DNA of 64,000 bases, taken from an uncultured Mucilaginibacter sp. (GTDB lineage: Bacteria > Bacteroidota > Bacteroidia > Sphingobacteriales > Sphingobacteriaceae). The notes beneath the pieces are model-generated. The model did no database searches. It saw only the letters and a list, made by a program, of their open reading frames with translations, and was not told the origin of the DNA. The position numbers and the translations under genes were made by a program. How positions within the stretch are numbered: position 1 is the first letter of the stretch; each line of letters opens with the position of its first letter. Positions 49,259-59,229 of the stretch are shown here, one piece after another. The stretch lies in contig CAXTAP010000001.1 in assembly GCA_964241965.1 (NCBI GenBank), forward strand, positions 264-64,263, written 5' to 3'.

Positions 49259-50502
49259 TGAGATAGTCATGATTTAATCTGACAGGTACAATAAATTAAA
49301 ACACATAACTGAGATTGGTATCATGACGACACAAGCAAAGATCATCAAAAACAAGCTGGGCATATTGGAGCTGGCGCAGCATTTGGGCAACGTCTCGCAG
49401 GCCTGCAAAGTGATGGGCTACTCACAAGACAGCTTTTACCTCTTTAAAGAACTGTATGAGCAGGGCGGCGAGCTGGCTCTGCAGGAGACCAGCCGCAGCA
49501 AGCCTATCTTAAAGAACCGTGTGAAAGAGCGTGTGGAAAAAGCTGTCGTAAAGATGGCTGTGCAACAGCCAGCCTTCGGCCAGCTCAGGGCAGCCAATGA
49601 ACTCAGAAAGCAAGGTATCGCAATCTCTGCCGGCGGGGTAAGGAGCATCTGGCTCAGGCATGATTTGCAGACTTTTAAGCTGCGTCTGAAAGCTTTGGAA
49701 GCCAAATCAGCGCAGGAGGGCTTGATACTCACCGAGGCGCAGGTCATAGCTTTAGAAAAGGCCAAAGAAGAAAAGAAGGCGCATGGCGAGATTGAAACGC
49801 ACTATCCGGGCTACTTAGGCGCTCAGGACACTTACTATGTGGGCAACATCAAGGGCGTTGGGCACATCTATCAGCAGACCTTTATCGATACCTGCAGTAA
49901 AGCGGCCTTTACCAAGCTGTATGACCGCAATGCGCTGGTGGCAGCCGAAATGCTTAATGACAAAGTAGTGCCGTTTTATGAGCAGCATGAGCTGCGGTTG
50001 CTCCGGGTATTGACTCACAGAGGCACTGAATACTGCGGCTCACTCGAGCAGCACGAGTACCAGCTCTACCTGGCCATAGAGGATATTGACCACACCAAAA
50101 CAAAGGCTAAAAGCCTGCAGGCGAGCGGTATCTGTGAGCGGCTCCACCGTACGATACAGGACGGGTTCTATGCCATTGCCTTTCGTAAGAAGATTTACCG
50201 CAGCATAGGGGAGCTGCAGGCTGACTTAAATAAATGGATGGGCAGCTATAACAACGAGCGGACGCACAGCGGCCGGTACTGCTTTGGCAAAACGCCCATG
50301 CAGCCCTTCACCAACAGCCTGCCGCTGGCTAAGGAGAAACTGCTGGAGACACTGGCCGAAGACCCGCTTTTAGCTCACGCCCGCAGGAGTGATGAGCCAA
50401 TTGCCGGGGCTGCCGAAGTTGCACACAATAAGCTGTATTCACCAAACTCAACTGACCACCACTAAAACTACCCTACTGTCAGATCAAGTAGTGGCTATTA
50501 CA
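49259..50502 (+). mobile_element. IS481 family element (transposase 49323-50465), probably inactive
   Basis: Imperfect 27-bp terminal repeats (TGAGATAGTCATGATTTAATCTGACAG / CTGTCAGATCAAGTAGTGGCTATTACA); HTH LGNVSQACK; QDT...THRGTEY...ICER. Confidence 0.88.
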
Positions 50503-50585
50503 AAAGACGGAATTAATAATTTGGTTGACAAGTATTATAATCAGGAGTAATCCCAACTCGTATATCGTCACTTTTTTATAACTTT

Positions 50586-51722
50586 CTACCTTAACCCATT
50601 CAATTTAATCCACGCGCGCATGGTTTCCACCAGTTCCTGTTTACGTTCCAGGGTCACCCAATGGCCCGAAGGCAGATCGGCAACTGTAAGATGGGAACAG
50701 GCCTTTCGCATCGGCTCGCCTACTTGGGTCAGATTGATGTTGGAAAAGGGCTCATACTCATCATTTACAAACAGCACGGGCTGGCTCAGCCTGCCCTGGT
50801 TCAACGCCGTTTTAGCGTAGGCCATGTTGGCCTCATCGTTCATGTAGTAGGAGCTGCAGGGGCGGAAGCCTGTTTTCTTAAAAGCGGCTACCAGCGCCTC
50901 AAAGTCAGGCTGCGGCCACAATGCGGTATCAGGCGCTGCAGCAGGTGCCCGGTGGGCAGCGCCAAAGCGTCCGCCGTTAGTCGTTACTGTTGCCGATGGT
51001 GATAGTTTCCCCACCGTGGCCGGATCTCCTTTTTTATAGATGGAGGCTAGCGTTGCCGGGATATCCGCCTCCATATCGCTCACCGCCTGGTCAAAATGAG
51101 TGAGGTAAAATCGCCAGTAATCCCATTGCCCGTCCGGGTACCGGGCGGCAGGGTAAAGAGTACGGTCAACAAAAGGTATCAGGTTGGGCAGTGCCCAGCC
51201 CTCCGGCAGGTAAGGTACAGAAAGGAGCACCAGCCCGCGGCTGATTTCCGGATGATGCGCCACCAGGGAGGAGGCTACCGGGCTTCCCCAATCGTGGCCT
51301 ATACAGATAGCAGGCTTTCCGCCCAAATGAGCATGGAGGGCTACCATATCCTCCACCACTTCCTGAATCGCATAAGCACCCGTTGCTGCAGGTACTGATG
51401 AGCCGCCGAAACCGCGCAGGTCGGGCGCAATGCAGCGCCAACCTTCAGCGGCGAAGGCCTCCATCTGGGCGCGCCATACCAGCCCGGTCTCCGGCCAGCC
51501 GTGCAGGAAGATCATCAGCGGCCCGCCGGCAGGGCCGGCCTCCCAGTAACGGGTGGCGGTGCGCCGGGAAGTAAAGGTGTGCGATGTTAATGCCGGCTCT
51601 TTTGGGGTTACATTCAGTTTCTGATCATGGAGACGGGCAGCGTCCGCTCCGGCACTTAACGTAGTAATCAGCAGTCCTGCTATAACGGCCGTACAAATTC
51701 TTGTAAAAAATTTTCCTGAAAA
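50586..51722 (-). CDS. Epoxide-hydrolase-like alpha/beta hydrolase; N-terminal 69 codons lack a canonical start
   Basis: FLHGWP, PDLRG, GHDWG, GHW motifs; the frame is open upstream of ATG 51515 to 51722 and includes a signal-peptide-like stretch. Confidence 0.8.
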   Translation of the reverse strand, partial: FSGKFFTRICTAVIAGLLITTLSAGADAARLHDQKLNVTPKEPALTSHTFTSRRTATRYWEAGPAGGPLMIFLHGWPETGLVWRAQMEAFAAEGWRCIAPDLRGFGGSSVPAATGAYAIQEVVEDMVALHAHLGGKPAICIGHDWGSPVASSLVAHHPEISRGLVLLSVPYLPEGWALPNLIPFVDRTLYPAARYPDGQWDYWRFYLTHFDQAVSDMEADIPATLASIYKKGDPATVGKLSPSATVTTNGGRFGAAHRAPAAAPDTALWPQPDFEALVAAFKKTGFRPCSSYYMNDEANMAYAKTALNQGRLSQPVLFVNDEYEPFSNINLTQVGEPMRKACSHLTVADLPSGHWVTLERKQELVETMRAWIKLNGLR

Positions 51723-52108
51723 TCAATGATATACTATTTAGTTGTTTTTAATTTCCTGCTTATTGATGCAGTTAATAAAATTTGATTTTTATATATGTTT
51801 TCCAGCAACAGCAATCAAGAAGGAAATACAAAATTCTGATACAGTCAGTAGCAATAATGTGCTGTCCGTTCATCCAAAAAAGTTACTCAACTACCAAAAA
51901 GACAACCGTCAGACAGAGCGGTGCTTTCCGTTTTTTCGAATCATGATACCTGCTTGATTGCTCATTCTTTTAATCAATCATATACAACAGCTTTTAGAAT
52001 TCGATTTTGGAGATTTTGTTTTAATCTGATGGTAAAGTAAAACATAAAATCATCTCAGTATTATTCTTGAAAGATGAGTTTGGCTACGCCATATGGATAA
52101 ACGGCTTT

Positions 52109-53002
52109 TTAATTAAGCCATTGCTTTTTGAACGCGGCCGGGCTTATCCCGGCTTCGCGTTTGAACAGCCGGGAGAAGTAAGGCAGGTTTTCGAACCCCA
52201 GGCCGTAGGCTACCTCCGCAACCGACTGGTGCTCCTGCAATTTCAGCCGGTTCTTGGCTTCAGATACCAGCTGTATATGAATCAGCTCCAGAGCCGTTTT
52301 GCCGCATTCCTGCTTCAGCAGATCGCTGAGGTAGCGGGGCGATACATGCAGCTGACCTGCCAGCTGCTGAACCGAGGGCAAACCGCCGGCAAAGAACTTA
52401 TTTTTTTCCATATGCGCTTTCAGTTCACCCAGAAACCGGGTGACCATCCGGCCTGAAAGCTCTTTGCGATGAATGAACTGCCGCTTGTAAAACCGCTGAG
52501 CATATTTTAAAATGGCTTCTATATTAACCAGCATCAGCTCACGGCTGAACTCATCGGGGTTATTGCGGTGCTCTTGATCCAAAATGCGATAGAACTCCCA
52601 TATCATTTGCTCCTCGCCGGGCGAAAGGTGCAGGGCTTCATTCGTCTCGTAATCAAAGAAATGATAATTTTTGATTTCGTTGTGCAGGGGGTGGCCCAGG
52701 AGGAAATCCTCATGAAAGAAGATGAGGAAACCATCTTCTTCCAGTTCCAGCTCCTTCATTTCAATCACCTGCCGCGGCCTTACAAAGATCATAGAGCCGC
52801 ACTCGTGGTCAAAGCGGGTGCGGCCATACTTAATCACCCCTGATCTGAGCTTCTTAAACCCGATCATATAAAAATCGCTCGTGAACTCCCGGTTGCCGGG
52901 CAGGCAGGTGTGCTGGCACTGATATAAGCTGATCAGCGGGTGCGCCGGCGGCGGGAAACCGTTCTCCCGGTACAACTCGCTCAGGCTCTGATAATGCTTC
53001 AT
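52109..53002 (-). CDS. AraC family transcriptional regulator
   Basis: YETNEALHLS; LPSV-x2-LA...SPRYLSDLLK; YGLGFE-x3-YFSRLFK. Confidence 0.92.
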   Translation of the reverse strand: MKHYQSLSELYRENGFPPPAHPLISLYQCQHTCLPGNREFTSDFYMIGFKKLRSGVIKYGRTRFDHECGSMIFVRPRQVIEMKELELEEDGFLIFFHEDFLLGHPLHNEIKNYHFFDYETNEALHLSPGEEQMIWEFYRILDQEHRNNPDEFSRELMLVNIEAILKYAQRFYKRQFIHRKELSGRMVTRFLGELKAHMEKNKFFAGGLPSVQQLAGQLHVSPRYLSDLLKQECGKTALELIHIQLVSEAKNRLKLQEHQSVAEVAYGLGFENLPYFSRLFKREAGISPAAFKKQWLN

Positions 53003-53059
53003 ACGGCAAGTTAAGTAAAGCGACTAAATGGGCTATTCAAATTTTACAAAATTGATTTC

Positions 53060-53878
53060 TCAATGACCATGCGCCAGGTCAGACACTTCTTTCCATGCAT
53101 CCCAGCCGGACAGGCGCTCCTGGTACACGCCGGTGATGAACGGATGCGCCATCTTGCCCAGCAGCAAACGCAGGGGCGGCTGGCTGCTTTCCACCAGATT
53201 AATTACCGGCCCTACCGTAGCTTCCGGTTTACCCCAGATATCCGGGGTCAGGCTATTGTTAAACGCTTCTTTCAGCGGTTCATAGATTTCTGAGGCATCT
53301 GTTTGGATGGCTGAAGCGCCGGACCAGTCGGTTGAATAGCCGTTCGGCTCAATCAAACTCACCTTGATGCCGAAATCCTTCACTTCCGTTGCCAGGGTCT
53401 CGCTCAGCCCTTCTACCGCAAACTTTGAAGCGTTGTACAAGCCCAGTACCGGCAAAGTAACCAAACCCAGTATACTGGATACCTGTATGATATGGCCCTG
53501 CTGCTGTGAGCGCATCACCGGCAGGATGGCTTGGGTGAGCCAGAGCAACCCGAAAAAGTTGGTTTCCATCTGCGCACGCGCCTGTGCTTCTGTGGTTTCC
53601 TCAATGGCGCCGAAAAGCCCGAAGCCGGCATTGTTGATCAGCGTATCTATCGTTCCGAAATGAGCCTTTACCTTTTTCACAGCCGCAAAGCAGGCTTTGC
53701 GGTCGTTTACATCCAGTTGAAGCGGAAAAACCGCGTCGCCGTACTGCTGCACCAGTTCGTCCAAGTCGTGCAGATTTCTTGCCGTTACGGCTATCCGATG
53801 GCCGCGCTTCAATAGCCCTTCTGCCCACAACCGGCCAAAACCCCTGGAGGCGCCGGTAATTAAAATGTTCTTTGACAT
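53060..53878 (-). CDS. SDR family oxidoreductase
   Basis: ITGASRGFG, NNAG, YNASK. Confidence 0.92.
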   Translation of the reverse strand: MSKNILITGASRGFGRLWAEGLLKRGHRIAVTARNLHDLDELVQQYGDAVFPLQLDVNDRKACFAAVKKVKAHFGTIDTLINNAGFGLFGAIEETTEAQARAQMETNFFGLLWLTQAILPVMRSQQQGHIIQVSSILGLVTLPVLGLYNASKFAVEGLSETLATEVKDFGIKVSLIEPNGYSTDWSGASAIQTDASEIYEPLKEAFNNSLTPDIWGKPEATVGPVINLVESSQPPLRLLLGKMAHPFITGVYQERLSGWDAWKEVSDLAHGH

Positions 53879-54202
53879 AATTTATTTAATTAAATATTAC
53901 AGGTCAAAGGTAGGCCCGCCGGTCAGGCGGCAGTTTATACAGAAGTAGGCAAGGCTGATACACTTTTACTGAATACTCATTACTTACCGCCTATGTGTAA
54001 ATAAAATTTCCTCATACATGATTATGCTTTAACTGATTTAGTTTCTTTTCGGCCAGGACAGAAAAGTGATACGTTTTATGAGCAGCGACTTTAGCTTATT
54101 TCTTCACCAATCCGGAATAGACAGGCGAATATTATTTTTCTGAATTAAAATAACATAGATACTGATCATATTTACTGCGGCTAAACCTATAACTTTGAAC
54201 AG

Positions 54203-55135
54203 ATGCACGGGCCGACACATGACCTTAAAGAAATTGAATTGCTGCGGACCCTGCCTGACTTGCTCCCGGTCCGCCGGGATTTGCTTGAGGATGCCGGGAT
54301 TAAGCTGGTAAACCGGGCTGCCATCATCTGCCGGAATTACCTGTCACCTAACCGCCGGGAATTCTATAAAATCGTATTTATTAACGAAGGTGCCGGAGAT
54401 TTTACATTGGGTTTAAATACTTATCATATCGAAGAGCCCACGCTGTTGTTTGTGCATCCCAACGAAATTATTTCTTGGCGTAACCTCGCACCGAACCAGG
54501 CTGCTACAGGGCATTTCTGCTTCTTCAGAAAAAGCTTTCTGGACGCAAGCGGAACGTTCAGGATGCTTGTTGACAAAATGGGATTATTTACCGTTCCCGG
54601 CCGGAGCGTAATCCGGCTGAAGCCGGATGAAGTGAGTACGATAGATACAATCTTTGTACAGATGCATCAGGAAGATGCCAGCGGAAATCCTTATACCCTG
54701 GAAGCCCTGCAGGCTTATCTGCAATTGCTGCTGATTAGATGCAGCGGAATGACCCATCATCCCGAACCTGCAGCCGTTTCCGCCGAGTACAAGCCGCTGC
54801 ATGATTTTTTTCAACTGCTGGAAGCTGAAACTGCCGCCATAAATTATGCGCAACCCATCAAAATAAAAACAGCTGCTGAGTTTGCAGACCGCCTTGGCTT
54901 TCACCCTAATTACCTGAATGCACTGCTTAAAAAACATACAGGGCAAAACATCAGTACGCACATCAGGAACCGCCTGCTTGAAGAGAGTAAAATTCTGTTG
55001 CTGCAAACCGACTGGACCCTGCAGGAGATTGCCTGTGCCGTCGGCTTTGCCGAGCAGCCTAACTTTAGCCAGTTCTTTAAAAAGAATACGGGAACTACGC
55101 CTGCAGATTTTCGCAGGAATTATAAGCGCCTGTAA
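54203..55135 (+). CDS. AraC family transcriptional regulator
   Basis: PNRREFYKI; HPNYLN; EIA-x2-VGF-x-EQPNFSQFFKK. Confidence 0.92.
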   Translation: MHGPTHDLKEIELLRTLPDLLPVRRDLLEDAGIKLVNRAAIICRNYLSPNRREFYKIVFINEGAGDFTLGLNTYHIEEPTLLFVHPNEIISWRNLAPNQAATGHFCFFRKSFLDASGTFRMLVDKMGLFTVPGRSVIRLKPDEVSTIDTIFVQMHQEDASGNPYTLEALQAYLQLLLIRCSGMTHHPEPAAVSAEYKPLHDFFQLLEAETAAINYAQPIKIKTAAEFADRLGFHPNYLNALLKKHTGQNISTHIRNRLLEESKILLLQTDWTLQEIACAVGFAEQPNFSQFFKKNTGTTPADFRRNYKRL

Positions 55136-55259
55136 GACAGATTTTTATTTAATATAGTATCTGCGCACGGCACCTTTGAAAATCATATTATTTACTTTGA
55201 TTCTGCTATAATTTATAACGGCCATACCCCCGAACTTTGTATCATTAATCTGATTCGTT

Positions 55260-56090
55260 ATGGAAAGTAAGAAGACATGGTTGATTACCGGAGCCTCGCA
55301 GGGACTTGGCCTGACTACAGTCAAACACCTGTTGTCAAAAGAGCAAACCGTTATTGCCACTACCCGCGATGCGTCTAAATTTGATGCTGGGCTGTTAAGT
55401 AATCCTAACCTGGAAGTAGTCAGCCTGGATATTGCACATGAAGCGACGGTAAAGCAGTGTCTCGAGGATATTGTTGTAAGGTATCAGCATATTGATGTAC
55501 TGGTTAACAACGCGGGCTATGGTTTCACAGGTGCGGTGGAGGAAGCATCTGCAGCCGAGATTGAGCAGGCTGTAGCCATCAACGTGTTTGCTTCTTTGCG
55601 GATGCTTAGGTATGTTTTACCGCATATGCGCCGGCAGCGCAGCGGGCATATCATTAGCCTCTCTTCCATGGCAGGACTGCTCAGTTCGGCTGGCTGGGGC
55701 ATTTACAATTTGTCCAAATATGCCATCGAAGGATTCTCAGAGGCATTATACCATGAACTCAAACCTTTAGGAATCCATGTTACCCTGCTGGAGCCCGGTG
55801 CTTTCCGCACTAATTTTCTGGCCGGCTCCCTGGCCGCAGCGGCTCAGATAATCGGGGATTATGCAGACACGGCAGGGAAGATGCGGGAAATGCTGGCGGC
55901 GAATAACGGCCATCAGCCGAATGATCCGGAAAAGGCGGCAGCCGCCATCTACGAACTTGCAAGCATGCCGCAGCCGCCGCTCCGGCTGTTATTAGGCAAA
56001 GATGCGTATGACCGCGCGCAAAAAAAGCTGAATCTGCTGCAGGAAGACTTTGAGCGTATGAAAAGCGTAACCTTTTCTACCGGCTTTTAA
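55260..56090 (+). CDS. SDR family oxidoreductase
   Basis: WLITGASQGLG, NNAGY, YNLSK, EPGAFRT. Confidence 0.92.
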   Translation: MESKKTWLITGASQGLGLTTVKHLLSKEQTVIATTRDASKFDAGLLSNPNLEVVSLDIAHEATVKQCLEDIVVRYQHIDVLVNNAGYGFTGAVEEASAAEIEQAVAINVFASLRMLRYVLPHMRRQRSGHIISLSSMAGLLSSAGWGIYNLSKYAIEGFSEALYHELKPLGIHVTLLEPGAFRTNFLAGSLAAAAQIIGDYADTAGKMREMLAANNGHQPNDPEKAAAAIYELASMPQPPLRLLLGKDAYDRAQKKLNLLQEDFERMKSVTFSTGF

Positions 56091-56126
56091 CAGCTTTAAC
56101 AATTACTGATTAAAACGAAATGAACT

Positions 56127-57152
56127 ATGGACACTGTGATGAAGCAAAACTCAACGAAACCGGTTTGGGAAGATAAAATACCAAGAAACTCACGACGCGG
56201 ACACTTTTGGATTACCGGGGAGAGAGTAAGTCTGGATGGCAAGACGTATCAGCGCGGCCCGATGTTCGTGGACTGGGAGGCGCCGGTACAGGTTACGCAG
56301 CCTTATCCGCTTGTGCTGATTCATGGCGGACTGCTGCAGAGCACCGAATGGCTGGATACGCCGGACGGCCGTCCGGGCTGGGCACAGCGCCTGGTAGAAG
56401 CCGGTTATGCAGTATTTACTGCTGATCGCCCGGGGCATGGGCGTTCGCATACTCATCCTGCTATTGTAGGTCCGGTTGGCACGCCCTTCCCCTATGAGGA
56501 TGGCCGGAAGGTTTTCTTTCCGCCGGAAAGCGCTTCCATTCACACCCAGTGGCCATTTACTGCCACAGATCAAGCCGCCTTTGATGAATTCATTGCGCCT
56601 TTCGGGCCGCTGCCGGCGGATCTGGTAACTTCTCAGGAAATGGACGCTGACCGCTTATGCCGTCTGCTGGACAAAATAGGCCCGGCCGTATTGATAACCC
56701 ATTCAGCCTCCGGGCCTTTGGGCTGGCTGGTGGCCGACCGTCGCGCCGAAATGGTAAGGGCTGTGGTCACTGTAGAGCCGATGGGCCCTCCCTTTGCGCA
56801 CACCCATGGTATTGGTGCGCTAAGCTGGGGATTGACAGCTATTCGGGTTACTTATGAACCTTTCAGGGATACCGCGGAGGCCGTAGCAGGCGCTGACCCG
56901 CATTCACTGCGAATGCCGCATCTGCAGGGGCTTCCGGTTGCTGTAGTGAGTGGGGAGGCATCTGCATTTGCCAAATTTTCTCCTCAAATTGTAAGCTTTC
57001 TGCAGCGTGCGGGTGCAGCAGCCGAATTGCTTCACTTGCCGGATTATGGCATACTGGGCAACGGGCATGGCTTAATTTATGAATTGAACTCAGATGAAGC
57101 ACTGCAACCCGTTCTGCACTGGTTAAACAATAAGCTAAATAATGCGCATTGA
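56127..57152 (+). CDS. Alpha/beta hydrolase family protein
   Basis: LIHGG; TPDGRPGWA; DRPGHGRS; THSASG; GNGH. Confidence 0.82.
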   Translation: MDTVMKQNSTKPVWEDKIPRNSRRGHFWITGERVSLDGKTYQRGPMFVDWEAPVQVTQPYPLVLIHGGLLQSTEWLDTPDGRPGWAQRLVEAGYAVFTADRPGHGRSHTHPAIVGPVGTPFPYEDGRKVFFPPESASIHTQWPFTATDQAAFDEFIAPFGPLPADLVTSQEMDADRLCRLLDKIGPAVLITHSASGPLGWLVADRRAEMVRAVVTVEPMGPPFAHTHGIGALSWGLTAIRVTYEPFRDTAEAVAGADPHSLRMPHLQGLPVAVVSGEASAFAKFSPQIVSFLQRAGAAAELLHLPDYGILGNGHGLIYELNSDEALQPVLHWLNNKLNNAH

Positions 57153-57274
57153 TTTTGTAAAACTGATATAGTTGTGAGAAAATTGAAGCTATTCATTCAG
57201 TCTTTTAAACACCTCTACATTCAATAAAATTTTTTTTGATTATTGCTCGGTATTAAAGTTATGTTACTAATTGT

Positions 57275-57997
57275 TTATTCTCGCCGGAGGTACCGCTGCA
57301 CTTCCGGCAAGTAGGACTGGCCGACCGGCAGGCTACAAGTTCCAATTTCTACATAGCTGGCAGTATAGGCGGTGATGCGGGACATAGATACAATAAATGA
57401 GCGGTGAATACGAAGAAATTGATCGGCCGGAAGTTTCTCTTCAAAATAAGATAGGGTCTGGTAAGTGATCACGGTAGCTGTGGGGGTATGTACTTTTACA
57501 TAATCTTTCATTCCTTCGATAAACAGGATATCGTCCAGCAGGAGCCGCACCATTTTTTTGTCTGCTTTCACATAAATGAACGCCGGGCGTTCTGTTTTAA
57601 CCGGTATTGGAGCCGGGGCCGAAAGTACCTGTCCGGGGTGTTGCATGAGTTCGAACTTATGAAACGCTTTTAGAAACCGTTCAAAAGAAATAGGTTTTAA
57701 CAGATAGTCGAGTACGTTGAGCTCATAGCCTTCCAATGCAAATTCACGGTGTGCTGTTGTCAGGATTACCGGCGGCGCTTTTTGTAAGGTCCGCAGCAGC
57801 TCAATGCCCGTCAGCTGCGGCATTTGAATATCTAAAAAAAGCAGATCCACTTCTTGCTGCGCAAGCGCAGTGTAGGTCTCTAGTCCGCTGGCACAGGTCG
57901 CCATCAACCGGGCCTGCGGCAGCCGGGCCAGGTAACTTTGCAGCACTTCGCGCGCCAGCAGTTCATCATCAGCAATCAGGCAGCGGATTTCTCTCAT
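57275..57997 (-). CDS. LytTR family response regulator
   Basis: DDE, FLDIQMP receiver domain; F-x-RIHRS LytTR domain. Confidence 0.94.
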   Translation of the reverse strand: MREIRCLIADDELLAREVLQSYLARLPQARLMATCASGLETYTALAQQEVDLLFLDIQMPQLTGIELLRTLQKAPPVILTTAHREFALEGYELNVLDYLLKPISFERFLKAFHKFELMQHPGQVLSAPAPIPVKTERPAFIYVKADKKMVRLLLDDILFIEGMKDYVKVHTPTATVITYQTLSYFEEKLPADQFLRIHRSFIVSMSRITAYTASYVEIGTCSLPVGQSYLPEVQRYLRRE

Positions 57998-59043
57998 AAC
58001 TCAAGGTTCAATTCAATTTCAAATACACCCTTATCCCGGTGCAGCAGAAGGCGGTGTGCGTTAGGATAACTCAGCTCCAGCCTTCTTTTCACTTTGTGCA
58101 GCCCCAGGCCGCCTGATAGAGCTGACTTATCCGTTATATAGTTATTTTCCACTTTAAGAAACAGCTGTGAGGCCTTGACTTTCAGCGTGACGGTGATATA
58201 GGAATCCCGACAGTTCGCCCCATGTTTGAAGGCATTTTCTACAAAAGGAATGAGCAGCATGGGGGCTATCATCTGCCCTTCCAATTCTCCGGAATATTGG
58301 AAAGAGATATCCAGCCGGTCGGCAAACCTGACCTGTTCAATGGCAATATAGCTTTCCAAATGCCGGACCTCGTCCATCAGCAGTACCTGCTCGGCACGGG
58401 CTTCATAGAGCATATAGTGCATCATTGCGGATAGCCGCAGTACTACATCCGCAGCCTGCTGACTGCCCTTTAGCGTAAGGGCGTACACGCTGTTTAGTGT
58501 ATTGAAAAAGAAATGCGGGTGGATCTGCGCCTTCAGCAGCCCCATTTCAGCGCTGAACTTTTCCTGCTGTACGGCAAGCAAATGCTTCTGATGAGTGATG
58601 GTATTCTGCATGAGCTTGATGAGCATCGTTGCGGCAATCACCGGAAAAGCCTTAAAGGCATTCCGGAGGATACGTACCGGAATCCAGAAATCATGCCTTT
58701 CCGCAAGGTATAAAGCCGGCTGCCGCCAGCGGTGGATGGGCACCCAGATGACATAGCTGAAGAATCGCTGCATCAACCCATTGAATAGCAGCAATCCTAA
58801 TAAGCCCGCCCCGTATGGCAGATACTTACCCGGATAGAAATAACGAGGCATCAGCACATACAAATTGAAATAGGCAATGCCGATAATCACCGGGATAATG
58901 GAGAAGATATCGGGCTGCAGGTTGAAGGTCAATGCGTCTTTTTCTCCCCAGGCTTCGCCTAAAGGCTGATAGACCGTAAAAGCCAGCCAGAAAAGCAGAT
59001 GCCGAAGAACCCTGCGATAATGAGTTATGCGCGTGTTTTCCAT
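57994..59043 (-). CDS. LytS/YehU-type sensor histidine kinase
   Basis: Transmembrane segments; LKAQIHPHFFFNTLN; FVENAFKHG; GGLGL. Confidence 0.92.
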   Translation of the reverse strand: MENTRITHYRRVLRHLLFWLAFTVYQPLGEAWGEKDALTFNLQPDIFSIIPVIIGIAYFNLYVLMPRYFYPGKYLPYGAGLLGLLLFNGLMQRFFSYVIWVPIHRWRQPALYLAERHDFWIPVRILRNAFKAFPVIAATMLIKLMQNTITHQKHLLAVQQEKFSAEMGLLKAQIHPHFFFNTLNSVYALTLKGSQQAADVVLRLSAMMHYMLYEARAEQVLLMDEVRHLESYIAIEQVRFADRLDISFQYSGELEGQMIAPMLLIPFVENAFKHGANCRDSYITVTLKVKASQLFLKVENNYITDKSALSGGLGLHKVKRRLELSYPNAHRLLLHRDKGVFEIELNLEL

Positions 59044-59229
59044 CGTACAAGAGTCGGTAATTTTGCAGCTTCCGGCTTTACATTTAGACGAATCCAAGTT
59101 TGCCGAACGTGAATATACCATTTTACCGGGTGAACTGGCTCAGCAGGTAAAACCGCGCGTTGACGGCCGGGGATATTCTTCCGGTCTAAAAAGCAAAAAA
59201 TAGTCTGCAGCGACTTTTTCCTTTGCAGA

